Shown here piece after piece: positions 13,603 through 22,833 of a stretch of 64,000 nt of DNA (its first letter is position 1; each line of letters opens with the position of its first letter). Below the pieces are notes generated by a model that ran no database searches, had not been told where the DNA came from, and saw only the letters and a program-made list of their open reading frames with translations. Position numbers and translations under genes: made by a program. This stretch comes from a virus. The DNA is taken from IMG/VR virus record IMGVR_UViG_3300032285_003287, positions 17,718 to 81,717 of that record. The stretch is one strand, 5' to 3'.

Positions 13603-13866
13603 TTAACTGATCTTGTTCCAGAAGAAGTTTAATATCTTCTGCCAAAAGCTGGGCTCCCTAACAATTTCTGGCGTAGGGGCCAACAGGCGCCGTTTAACGG
13701 CTTTCTTGACCGTTCCGCAGCCATTACAGCAGCGCCTCTCGTTATATTTCGGCGCGCCCGAACACTCGGACGGCGTTGGTGTGGGGTCAGGTTTCGCCAG
13801 TCCTGCCCCACGCCCTTTACGCCGACTACCGGAAATCTTTTTCTTAGTTGCATGGTTTTTAATCAT
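13603..13866 (-). CDS. hypothetical basic protein, 87 aa
   Basis: ATG ORF; amphipathic C-terminus SFWQKILNFFW. Confidence 0.6.
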   Translation of the reverse strand: MIKNHATKKKISGSRRKGRGAGLAKPDPTPTPSECSGAPKYNERRCCNGCGTVKKAVKRRLLAPTPEIVREPSFWQKILNFFWNKIS

Positions 13867-13924
13867 AATATTATTATATAGTCGGATAAACGAATATATA
13901 AATTAATTTTTATTCGCCGGGGCA

Positions 13925-14125
13925 TTATTGTTGCTCGTTCTCAAGATTTTCAGCTTCCATTTCTCTTATTGTTTCTACTATATAGTCCAAATCTTTAGTT
14001 AATTCTGGAGTTCTAGGATAGTTCTCCTTACTGGCTAATGATAAAAACTTATTTTTTAGTGCGCGTATGACAAAATCCTCTGCCTCTAATTGTCCCTTGG
14101 TCTTATTATTTTTAAACCAATTCAT
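13925..14125 (-). CDS. hypothetical protein, 66 aa
   Basis: MNWFKNNKTKGQLEAEDF... Confidence 0.55.
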   Translation of the reverse strand: MNWFKNNKTKGQLEAEDFVIRALKNKFLSLASKENYPRTPELTKDLDYIVETIREMEAENLENEQQ

Positions 14126-14136
14126 CCGGGCGCCTG

Positions 14137-14355
14137 TTAAATGCTTTCGAGCTGAACCCGTTCGCCAACGCGAACCTCTTTGGCCCAAAAGATATCAGTG
14201 CCACTATATATCTTATACTTACGGTTAAGATTATTATATTCAATAATACGTCCATAACGCCAATTCCTAACCGGCGTCTCAAGAAACTCCACGTTCTCAT
14301 TCAATTTAAAATTATTTTTATTTAATTTATTATTATTGTTAGCGCTCTTGTTCAT
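14137..14355 (-). CDS. hypothetical small SH3-like protein, 72 aa
   Basis: F...E.VEF.....WRYGRI......KYKI pattern; TTGCTT-17-TATAAT upstream. Confidence 0.55.
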   Translation of the reverse strand: MNKSANNNNKLNKNNFKLNENVEFLETPVRNWRYGRIIEYNNLNRKYKIYSGTDIFWAKEVRVGERVQLESI

Positions 14356-14483
14356 AAGTTTATTTATTTTGTTTTAATATTAATATACGACGTTTTTTGT
14401 CGTATATATGTTATTATAGTATTATAATATATTCTAGCCCAAAAAGCAATTTTAATGTAATTATATAATAGTTAAGCATTTAT

Positions 14484-14738
14484 ATGAATAAAACCTGCGG
14501 CTTATGTAAAAAAGAACTGGATGTGTGTTCTTTTAGCGTTAACCGCCGCAGTAAAGACGGGCTTCACGCTTGGTGTAAAGCGTGTTGCCGCCGGGCTGAA
14601 AAAATTAGGTATAATATAGTTAAAGAAGAGCGCGTCAAGCAGGTGCGCGAATGGCAGAAGAATAATTTAGATAAGGTTAGTAGTTATAAAAAAAATTGGC
14701 GAGCCAAACAAGAGTCTGACCCGCCAACCGAAGGTTAA
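14484..14738 (+). CDS. zinc-finger protein (HNH/EndoVII-type N-terminal Zn ribbon without nuclease domain)
   Basis: KTCGLCKKE....F....SKDGL..WCKAC. Confidence 0.7.
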   Translation: MNKTCGLCKKELDVCSFSVNRRSKDGLHAWCKACCRRAEKIRYNIVKEERVKQVREWQKNNLDKVSSYKKNWRAKQESDPPTEG

Positions 14739-14747
14739 ATATAAAAA

Positions 14748-15254
14748 TTACTTAACCGTCTGCACCTTTATTTTTTTCGTCTTTGCGGCGGCGAGTTTTG
14801 AAATAGAGATATATAGTACTCCATGGTCTAGTTTCGCATCTACTGTTTCTACATCTGCGTTCTTTGGTAGTGTAACGCTGTCATAATACTTCAGGCTGTC
14901 CTGCTCTGCCTTGATATGTAGCAAGCCGTTTTCGGTTGATACGTCCAAGCTAGAAGCGCGGAATCTGGGTAATTCTGTTTCATAAGTATATTTTTCACCC
15001 TCTTCCTTCCACGGGTTGAGTTTGGCAATACTGAACTTCGGGCTAGTTATCGCATCAAACTGATTGAATAGATCGGGCCATCTTTGCGCCCACCTATCAA
15101 TCGGCCAGAACGCGTCTAAGTGCGTATTGCCTACGGTTAGACTATCTCCTGTATTGGCTGGATAATTATCCCCAAACCAAGAGGCAGAAGGTAATCCATT
15201 TTTAGGTACTAGTGAAATGCTCATTAAAGAGCTAGCTGTGTTTGGTATTTTCAT
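14748..15254 (-). CDS. Hsp20/alpha-crystallin small heat shock protein
   Basis: ELP.F....LDVS.ENGLLHI.AE...SVTLP.NADVETVDAKLDHGVLYISI.K....K.KKIKV. Confidence 0.9.
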   Translation of the reverse strand: MKIPNTASSLMSISLVPKNGLPSASWFGDNYPANTGDSLTVGNTHLDAFWPIDRWAQRWPDLFNQFDAITSPKFSIAKLNPWKEEGEKYTYETELPRFRASSLDVSTENGLLHIKAEQDSLKYYDSVTLPKNADVETVDAKLDHGVLYISISKLAAAKTKKIKVQTVK

Positions 15255-15320
15255 AAATGTTACAATATTGAGACACAACTTTTGTTGGAATGTTCAAAAT
15301 ATTTTTGTAATATATATATA

Positions 15321-16001
15321 GTGAAAGAATACGAGTATCTTATTGTCAGTGATCTTCATCTTACTAGTCTAGTTGCTCAGACCGAAAAGTTTGAAAATGT
15401 CATAAAAAAATATAAGGCAAAAAATATTATATTAAATGGTGATATAATAGATGTGAACCATACTCATAAATTAAAAAAACAAGACTGGAAAATACTCAGC
15501 ACACTGAGTAAATTAACTAAACATAGTAACTGTTATTGGAATGCCGGGAATCACGATATAGAAGTTTCCGGTTTACTGTCTGAGTTTATAGGTTTTAAGC
15601 ATGGGCTTGAGCGTGTTTTTAAAATAGGCGCCCAAACAATATGCGTAACTCATGGAGACAAGTTTGATTCGTTTATTGGAGACCACCCTTTAATAACAAA
15701 TATCGCAACTGGATTATATTACTGGCTACAGGCTGTAGACCCAAAAGAACAGCGCATTCCTAGGTTCTTTAAGAAAAGAAGTAAGAACTGGATCAAAGCG
15801 GCCGAGCGTGTCAAGAAGAATGCATTAACTTACGCGGAAAATAATGGATATTCCGCGATAATATGCTCACACACTCATCATGGAGAATTAACTGTGTCGG
15901 ATAAATCAATCTGCTACACAAATACAGGATGCTTTACATATAAAACTTGTAGTTTTGCTACAATCGATAAAGAAGGAAATATTGAGCTACATGAGGTGTA
16001 A
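15321..16001 (+). CDS. calcineurin-like metallophosphoesterase (LpxH/YbbF-like)
   Basis: SDLH, NGDIID, GNHD, HGD.FD, SHTH, NTG motifs; GTG start at 15321. Confidence 0.9.
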   Translation: MKEYEYLIVSDLHLTSLVAQTEKFENVIKKYKAKNIILNGDIIDVNHTHKLKKQDWKILSTLSKLTKHSNCYWNAGNHDIEVSGLLSEFIGFKHGLERVFKIGAQTICVTHGDKFDSFIGDHPLITNIATGLYYWLQAVDPKEQRIPRFFKKRSKNWIKAAERVKKNALTYAENNGYSAIICSHTHHGELTVSDKSICYTNTGCFTYKTCSFATIDKEGNIELHEV

Positions 16002-16133
16002 TAATATATAGTTCGTGAAAAAGTTGGTCATAAAGCACACAGAGTTTACTGCCTACCAACAGAACCGTTGTCCCTTCGTCATATTCTCTCTGGAGAATTT
16101 TAATTCCAGAAAATAATACAATTTTATAAACTT

Positions 16134-16892
16134 ATGAGTCACAAGAAAAAAACTCCACCGAAATCTGCAGATCAACCTAAAGATACTTCTCCGTATGTAG
16201 ATAAAAAACGTACTAAAACTACTATACAATTAACATTAAGAGAATTGCCTTGGACAGATAAGCAGAAAGAATTCTTTAAGGTAGCCCTAGATAAAAATAC
16301 TAAAGTAATGATTGTCAAGGGAGTCGCTGGTACAGCTAAGACATTACTTGCTGTTTACTGCGCCCTAAAGAAAATTAGCGAAAAGAAATCTGCTGAAATA
16401 TATTATAGCCGCGTTCCTGTTGAAAGTTCTATTCATGGAATAGGTTACATTAAAGGAACTACAGATGAGAAGATGTCTCCATATATACAACCCCTTGTGG
16501 ATAAACTTCACGAACTGCTTCCAGAACCACAAGTTAGGGCTTTAATGGCAGATGACCGAATCAAAGGGTTACCACTAGGGTTTCTTCGCGGATTAAACAT
16601 TTCTAATGCCTCGTTTATCATGGACGAAGCGCAGAACTGCAGAGTAGAAGACTTTCTATTAGTGATGAGTCGTATGGCTAATTTTTCTAACCTATTTGTG
16701 ATCGGTGACGAACAGCAGTCCGATATTAAACAAAGCGGTTTTAACCGTGTTTATAACTCATTTAATACTGATATTGCAAAACAGCATGGTATTCATACTT
16801 TCGAGTTTACAAAGGAAGACATTGTGCGTTCTGAGATCTTGTCCTATATTATCGAGACGTTCGAGAATATGAGGCTTAAGATTGTGAGTTAG
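16134..16892 (+). CDS. phoH: PhoH family ATPase
   Basis: G.AGTAKT, IGYIKG...EKM.PY, LGFLRG, IMDEAQN, GD.QQSD, F..EDIVRS. Confidence 0.93.
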   Translation: MSHKKKTPPKSADQPKDTSPYVDKKRTKTTIQLTLRELPWTDKQKEFFKVALDKNTKVMIVKGVAGTAKTLLAVYCALKKISEKKSAEIYYSRVPVESSIHGIGYIKGTTDEKMSPYIQPLVDKLHELLPEPQVRALMADDRIKGLPLGFLRGLNISNASFIMDEAQNCRVEDFLLVMSRMANFSNLFVIGDEQQSDIKQSGFNRVYNSFNTDIAKQHGIHTFEFTKEDIVRSEILSYIIETFENMRLKIVS

Positions 16893-17475
16893 TATATATA
16901 TCGTACAAGTCTAGAGGGGTATTCAGGTAACTTAAATGAGACCTGAGTATCCTATCTGGGCATAGCGTCCAGCATTCTGGTAACTCTTTATTATTTTTTG
17001 GCCAATAGCCATCAGTATATAGAAAACCATATTTAAATAATACTGCATTTGCTTCTTGAGCATATTCTTTTACAGAAAAAAGACGGTATTTTTTTATTAA
17101 TTTAATAACACGTCTTTCACAGTCTGCCTCTAGCTTCATAAGTAGTAAAAGCTCTTTCTTATGCTTTTTGGGGCTATTGATTATATCGTCTATACTAAAA
17201 TTAGACTCCTCAAACTGCTTCCATATTTTAGTATTATCTCTCCATTGTAAAAAATGGCAATACTCATGAATAAGTATACCAAACCAATGTTCATTAGATT
17301 TATTACCTACCGCGATCTTTAAGACTGGCTGCTCTTTACTATTAAAGTCAAACATGCCGTAGCATCTATCGTTTCCGCCGCAATACTCTCCTTTGTATAG
17401 GATTATCTTACCGTCGTACTCTTTTAGATCCTTTTTTATTATTTTATAAAGAGGCGACTGTTTTACTGATCGCAT
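16876..17475 (-). CDS. zincin-like HExxH metalloprotein
   Basis: ILIHEYCHFLQW followed by E.DCERR. Confidence 0.7.
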   Translation of the reverse strand: MRSVKQSPLYKIIKKDLKEYDGKIILYKGEYCGGNDRCYGMFDFNSKEQPVLKIAVGNKSNEHWFGILIHEYCHFLQWRDNTKIWKQFEESNFSIDDIINSPKKHKKELLLLMKLEADCERRVIKLIKKYRLFSVKEYAQEANAVLFKYGFLYTDGYWPKNNKELPECWTLCPDRILRSHLSYLNTPLDLYDIYTNSQS

Positions 17476-17575
17476 ACTAGGATTAATTACACTCTTGCAT
17501 ATCTATAATAATACCCTAAAGAGAAATTAGAATTTTCTGTGTAATTAACTGATAATAAGTGTATCAATAAAATTT

Positions 17576-18115
17576 ATGAAACATTTTTGTGCCAAATGTG
17601 GTAAGCCCACTATATACGCTTTAGCACTACCTAAGTTTTGTTCCCAGTGCGGGAGCGAGTTTAGTTTGGTGACCAAGCAAAAAGATAAGTCACCACATGA
17701 TCAGGCTATAGAGAAAAATAAAGAAAAGTCTACGCCAAATGCTCCTAGTTTTGTACCAGTCACAAAAGCTGAGCCAAAATTACAACCAAATCCAGCTAGA
17801 GCATCGCTAAAATATAAGTTATTACAAGACAATGATAGCGATTACGAGTCTGATCCGATAGAGACAGACGAGTACGAAGAGGAGCGTTATGATATTAGTG
17901 CTTTTGCTAAAATAAAACCTAAATTTAAACTACAAGCAACGAGAAATACATCCGAGTCTTTTGAGAGCATAGTGACTCAATCGTATGCAAGCAATTATAA
18001 ACCCATAGATGCTAGTAGTATTAATAACGATTTTCCAAATACGCCACAAAGAAGTGTCGATTCTATTTTAGAGGAATTTAAAAGAGAAGCGGGTAGCTCA
18101 AGGCAACAGGACTAA
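17576..18115 (+). CDS. zinc-ribbon protein
   Basis: FCAKCG...PKFCSQCG at the N-terminus, followed by a disordered acidic tail. Confidence 0.75.
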   Translation: MKHFCAKCGKPTIYALALPKFCSQCGSEFSLVTKQKDKSPHDQAIEKNKEKSTPNAPSFVPVTKAEPKLQPNPARASLKYKLLQDNDSDYESDPIETDEYEEERYDISAFAKIKPKFKLQATRNTSESFESIVTQSYASNYKPIDASSINNDFPNTPQRSVDSILEEFKREAGSSRQQD

Positions 18116-18120
18116 ACTGC

Positions 18121-18819
18121 GTGACAAATCAGACAAGACCAAGTTTTGAGCAGTCTATTGATATAATAGATGAAGAAATTAATAAAAGAAAATCGCGTTG
18201 GCATTTAACTGCTATTTCTTGGATGGATTTTCAAGACGTATCACAAAGACTAAGAATACATATACATAAAAAATGGGATAAGTGGGACAATATTAGACCT
18301 TTAAGGCCATGGTTAAATCAGGTTATAAACCACCAGATTACCAACATGTTGCGTAATCATTATTCGAATTTTTCCAGACCGTGTTTGAAATGTAAATTTA
18401 ATACTGGAGAATATGGGTGTTCTTTATATGGAACACAAAACGGAAGCTGTTCAACATATGCAAAATGGGAAAAAACAAAAAAATCTGCTTATGATATTAA
18501 GTTTCCGGTTAGTATAAATAGCCCAAATGCACAGAACCCCGAAACCACTCTAGAGTCAGTACTACAATCTAAAGAAATAGATATTAATATAGAAGAAATT
18601 ATACCAGCTTTTAATGAACTAATGAAAAAGAACTTATCGTTAATAGAATGGAGAGTTTATGAGTATATGTTCTTACAAAATTTTGACGAAGCCGAGATTG
18701 CAAAGAAAATGGGATATAAGCTTAGCTATAAAGATGGGCGTCCAGCATACAGACAGATCAGTAAGATAAAATCTAAAATTTTACAGAAAGCAAGAATATT
18801 AGCTAAGGAGGTAACATGA
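18121..18819 (+). CDS. phage sigma70/ECF-like RNA polymerase sigma factor with Cys-rich insert
   Basis: Region-2-like DFQDVSQ.LRIHI.KKW..WD..RPL.PWLN.VIN.QI.N.LRN; insert PCLKC...C...C; region-4-like LS..EWRVY......DEAEIAKKMGY...ISKIK..I..KA. Confidence 0.75.
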   Translation: MTNQTRPSFEQSIDIIDEEINKRKSRWHLTAISWMDFQDVSQRLRIHIHKKWDKWDNIRPLRPWLNQVINHQITNMLRNHYSNFSRPCLKCKFNTGEYGCSLYGTQNGSCSTYAKWEKTKKSAYDIKFPVSINSPNAQNPETTLESVLQSKEIDINIEEIIPAFNELMKKNLSLIEWRVYEYMFLQNFDEAEIAKKMGYKLSYKDGRPAYRQISKIKSKILQKARILAKEVT

Positions 18820-19955
18820 GTAATGAAATAGAAAAAACAGCGGCAGTGCTTTATGAGGAGCAACAGCAACGAATTAAAGATTGCCTCGCGCTAAATCCAG
18901 ACGCGACGCTAACCGAAATTACTTCTTACGCCTATAATGACGAAAAAATAGATAGTAGAAGTAAAGAGGGTAGACTTGTAAAGCAATTCCTTCTGGATAA
19001 TAAGATTGAATATAAGAATAAAAGCGTTACTCAACGAGAAAGGATAGTTCTTACCGATGAGCAAAAAGAGTTTATTAAAAATAACTATAAAGGGCAAAAT
19101 TATGTAGATCTTGCTAAGGCATTATTTAATAATGATAAATTGACACATGTAACGTTAGAGTGCAGAGAGGTTAATTCATATATACAAGAGCTTCAAAAGA
19201 ATGATCCCGATGCGCCCAAGGACACTTTAGATAATACTATGTACGTGCCATCTGAAAGAGGCGCCGATTCTACCTCCGGCGCATATTTTCCGCCTAGGCG
19301 ATCAGATCAGACGGTATTTAGAATTAATAAGTATCTTAATATTGGTTGGTCATCAGATTCTCTTAAGGCATCCCAGCAAAAGATGGTTGATATGTTGCAA
19401 CGCTATCTTAATACATTTAGTTTTTGCTATCAAATAAATACTTATAAGACTAATAACGATAGACAGTTATTTGAAGATTCATTTATACGGTATACGTATG
19501 ATAAGCCAGACCTAAGCCAAGAAGAGCTTGACCAGTTTATTGTTCTATGTACCGAAGTTGTTACTGCCGCTACGATTCTCCAACAAGTAGAAGACTTACG
19601 TGATATGTTGCGGAACAGTACTAGTGATGGTGAGGGGCGTAATATTAAAATGCAGTTAAACGAGGCTATAAGTAATTTACAGACCGAGTATAATCAGTGC
19701 CGAGCAAGACAGCAAAAATTGTATAAGTCGCTAGTTGATGACCGCTCAAAAAGAATAGCTCAGCGACAAGAAGAAAATGCGAGTATACTAAATTTAGTGC
19801 AAGCATGGAAGGACGAGGAGCGCCGAAAGGGCATTCTTGTTCTAGCTGAAGCCCAAAAGAAAAATCTTAACGAGGAAGCCAAGAGACTATCTTCAATGGA
19901 CGAACTTAAGGGAATTATTCGCGGCATAAACGTTGACGAAATGGTAAACGGATGA
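18816..19955 (+). CDS. hypothetical protein, 379 aa, helical/coiled-coil (possible terminase small subunit)
   Basis: ATGA-coupled in the operon upstream of the terminase; function inferred from position only. Confidence 0.5.
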   Translation: MSNEIEKTAAVLYEEQQQRIKDCLALNPDATLTEITSYAYNDEKIDSRSKEGRLVKQFLLDNKIEYKNKSVTQRERIVLTDEQKEFIKNNYKGQNYVDLAKALFNNDKLTHVTLECREVNSYIQELQKNDPDAPKDTLDNTMYVPSERGADSTSGAYFPPRRSDQTVFRINKYLNIGWSSDSLKASQQKMVDMLQRYLNTFSFCYQINTYKTNNDRQLFEDSFIRYTYDKPDLSQEELDQFIVLCTEVVTAATILQQVEDLRDMLRNSTSDGEGRNIKMQLNEAISNLQTEYNQCRARQQKLYKSLVDDRSKRIAQRQEENASILNLVQAWKDEERRKGILVLAEAQKKNLNEEAKRLSSMDELKGIIRGINVDEMVNG

Positions 19956-20899
19956 TAAAAGATTACGATAAATATTTAAGATGTAAAATTTGTGGCTCGC
20001 AATATAATTCGCAGCAACAGATTCTCAGTCATATAAAATCTCACCAGCAAACGGCAGAGAAATATTTTCCATTAAACTTTAATAAAAAAGATCTTCATAC
20101 TGGAGAGCTAATAAAGTACAAGTCATTTGAGCAATACTTTCTTGTTGACTTTATAGATAAAAGAAATATGAAACAATGGCTACAGTCGGTTGACAAGCGG
20201 GTAGCATGTGACTATTTAAAAAGTAAACTGGAAACATATTGCAGGATAAAGCAATTAACTAAGGCCCCAACACAGTCAGAACTAAAGACTATCTCTTGCT
20301 TGCCTAAGGCGGATACTTTTATGTATGTTTGTGAGCAGGAGTTCTCGGAAATATGCCGATCATTAGGATTAAAAAATAATTTTAATTATTCTGTTAAACA
20401 TACTCAACAAGATTTTACTAAATATACCGGTGACGAGATTGTTGTAGATACCAGAGAGCAGCAACCCCTAAAATTCAAGGGGTTAAATATAATAAACTCC
20501 AAACTAGAATGTGGTGACTATGCTAAATCAACTGAAAGTAAAGTCGTAGTGGAAAGAAAGAGCTTGGGTGATTTTTATTCTACATTGAGCGGTGGGTTTG
20601 AGCGTTTTAAACGAGAAATGGCCCGTGCCGCCGAAATGGGTATTTATATAGTTGTTGTAACCGAGTGTCAATTAAAAACAGTACTATATGCCAAGAGAAG
20701 ATTTGGGGCTTGCTCTGGAGATTATATAATGCATCATATGAGACAGCTTTGTAGGGAGTTTGATAATATACAATTTGTATTTGCAGATGGAAAAGCCGAG
20801 GCATCAAAAAAAACTCTTTTTATACTAGAGATGAACGAGCTTGTAAGAAACATAGATATAGAATACTGGTTTGAACAGGAGGGGTTCTCATGGCTTTAA
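19952..20899 (+). CDS. ERCC4/XPF-family nuclease with N-terminal C2H2 zinc finger
   Basis: CKIC...H...H; IVVDTREQ.P, GDY, VVVERKS..D....L....ERF..E..RA. Confidence 0.88.
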   Translation: MIKDYDKYLRCKICGSQYNSQQQILSHIKSHQQTAEKYFPLNFNKKDLHTGELIKYKSFEQYFLVDFIDKRNMKQWLQSVDKRVACDYLKSKLETYCRIKQLTKAPTQSELKTISCLPKADTFMYVCEQEFSEICRSLGLKNNFNYSVKHTQQDFTKYTGDEIVVDTREQQPLKFKGLNIINSKLECGDYAKSTESKVVVERKSLGDFYSTLSGGFERFKREMARAAEMGIYIVVVTECQLKTVLYAKRRFGACSGDYIMHHMRQLCREFDNIQFVFADGKAEASKKTLFILEMNELVRNIDIEYWFEQEGFSWL

Positions 20900-22791
20900 T
20901 AACTGGAAATCAGAATAGTAAAATTATTACAGATGTTAATAAGGAGCTATTAGAGATTAAGGGAGAACTTTCCGATGCAGAGGCGAGAGTTACGCTTGCC
21001 AAGTTTCTAAGAAATAATATAGGCTTTACTACGGAGCTTGGACTAGGGGTTACATTAGAAGCATATCAGGAATTAACTATTAAATCTTTTTTTAACCGTA
21101 ACTACTGCATGTTAGTATGGGGCCGTGGTTGTGCCAAGAGTTTTTGTGCGGCAATTTATTGCATTCTTAAATGTATATTCGAGCCGGGTACTAAAATACT
21201 TATTGCGTCTATTAACTTTCGTACTGCTAGAAGAATGTTTAATGAAATTGAAAAGTTTCTTGCTTCGCCTGAGGCCTCTTTGTTTAGGCAATGCTTTGGT
21301 GATAAAATGAAGCGTAATGATCAATACGAGTGGCTAATCAATGGTGGTAGTATTACGGCTATTCCTTTAACTGGAGAAAAAATTCGTGGTATACGTGCCA
21401 ACGTTCTTATTCTTGATGAGTTCTTACTACTACCCCCAGATATTATTGATAACGTTCTCATGCCATTCTTGAGTTCGCCTCGTGATGTTAGTGACCGTAT
21501 TAGAACCAGAAGACTTGAGGAAGAACTTATAAAAAAAGGTATGTTACATCCTGATGATAGGCAGATATTTGAGAATACTTCTCAGATGTTAGCATTGAGT
21601 TCTGCAAGCTATACATTTGAACACTTATTTCAAGTTCATCAGCAATGGGCGCATTTAATCGAGCACCCAGAAGACCAAGAATCGAAAGAAGGAGAGCTGC
21701 CCGGAACGTATTTTATTTCACAGTTGAGTTATGAGGCACTACCTAATCACATGGTAGATCAGGCGGCAATTCAGCTAGCTAAAAACGGCGGCAGTTCACA
21801 TAATTCGTTCCTTCGAGAGTATGCGGCAAGATTTATTGATGGTGGAGACAGTTATTTTTCTCCAAAAAAGATGCACTTATGTACAATTCCAGATGGAGAG
21901 TATCCTACAACTAAAATAGTAGGAGAGGAGGGTAAGAAATACGTTTTAGCTGTTGACCCTAACTTTTCATCTTCTCGTAGCGCTGACTATTTTGCAATGA
22001 GCGTTATAGAGCTTGACGAGGAAAAGAAACAGGGCGTATTAGTTCATGGGTATCAAGTTGCTGGAGCGTCATTGCAAGATCATATTAAGTATATGTACTA
22101 TATATTCAAGAATTTTAATATTACATTTATGATTATTGATCATGCTGGTGCTGATACATTTATAGATGCAGTTAATAATTCCGAGTTCTTCAAGGGAATG
22201 AATAAAAAGATTGGCTTTATAGACTTTGACTCTGATAAGGAGAATGAGGACTATATGAATATGTTAAAAGATTGTGCCAAACAATATAATACTGATTTGG
22301 GCACTATTTGCATTAAGCAGTATTTTACTTCTGCATTTTTAGGTAGAGCTAACTCGTATTTACAGACATGTATTGATCATAAAAAGATATGGTTTGCTTC
22401 TAGAGCGAGTAACCATCCAGATATACTTGAAAATATGTTTACTATGAATCTTCCTATGGATTACGTTTATCCGAGAGGAATAGGTGATAGGGCTGATAAT
22501 GAATATGAGACCAAGAAGCTTACTGTTCGTGATTTTATAGAACAGCAGGATTTTATTATTAAAGATACTAAAGACCAGTGCGCTAACGTAGAGGTAAGTA
22601 GTACTTCCAGAGGAACACAGAGCTTTGACCTGCCATCGCATCTTAGAAAGTCTACCAGCGTAAACCGTGCAAGAAAGGATAACTATACCACTTTAATGCT
22701 TGGAAATTGGGCGGTAAAATGTTATTTTGATATAATGGCGCCAGATAATTTTAAGAAAAAAAATACAGAATTCGTAGCCGTACTGATTTAA
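20890..22791 (+). CDS. terL: terminase large subunit
   Basis: Q motif LEAYQ, Walker A GRGCAKSF, IRGIRAN, Walker B VLILDEF, motif III LSSA, RNase H-like LAVDP...D, C-terminal RKD. Confidence 0.9.
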   Translation: MALITGNQNSKIITDVNKELLEIKGELSDAEARVTLAKFLRNNIGFTTELGLGVTLEAYQELTIKSFFNRNYCMLVWGRGCAKSFCAAIYCILKCIFEPGTKILIASINFRTARRMFNEIEKFLASPEASLFRQCFGDKMKRNDQYEWLINGGSITAIPLTGEKIRGIRANVLILDEFLLLPPDIIDNVLMPFLSSPRDVSDRIRTRRLEEELIKKGMLHPDDRQIFENTSQMLALSSASYTFEHLFQVHQQWAHLIEHPEDQESKEGELPGTYFISQLSYEALPNHMVDQAAIQLAKNGGSSHNSFLREYAARFIDGGDSYFSPKKMHLCTIPDGEYPTTKIVGEEGKKYVLAVDPNFSSSRSADYFAMSVIELDEEKKQGVLVHGYQVAGASLQDHIKYMYYIFKNFNITFMIIDHAGADTFIDAVNNSEFFKGMNKKIGFIDFDSDKENEDYMNMLKDCAKQYNTDLGTICIKQYFTSAFLGRANSYLQTCIDHKKIWFASRASNHPDILENMFTMNLPMDYVYPRGIGDRADNEYETKKLTVRDFIEQQDFIIKDTKDQCANVEVSSTSRGTQSFDLPSHLRKSTSVNRARKDNYTTLMLGNWAVKCYFDIMAPDNFKKKNTEFVAVLI

Positions 22792-22833
22792 AATAAGATT
22801 TAAGTGTAATAAACGGTTATAATATATTGCTGT

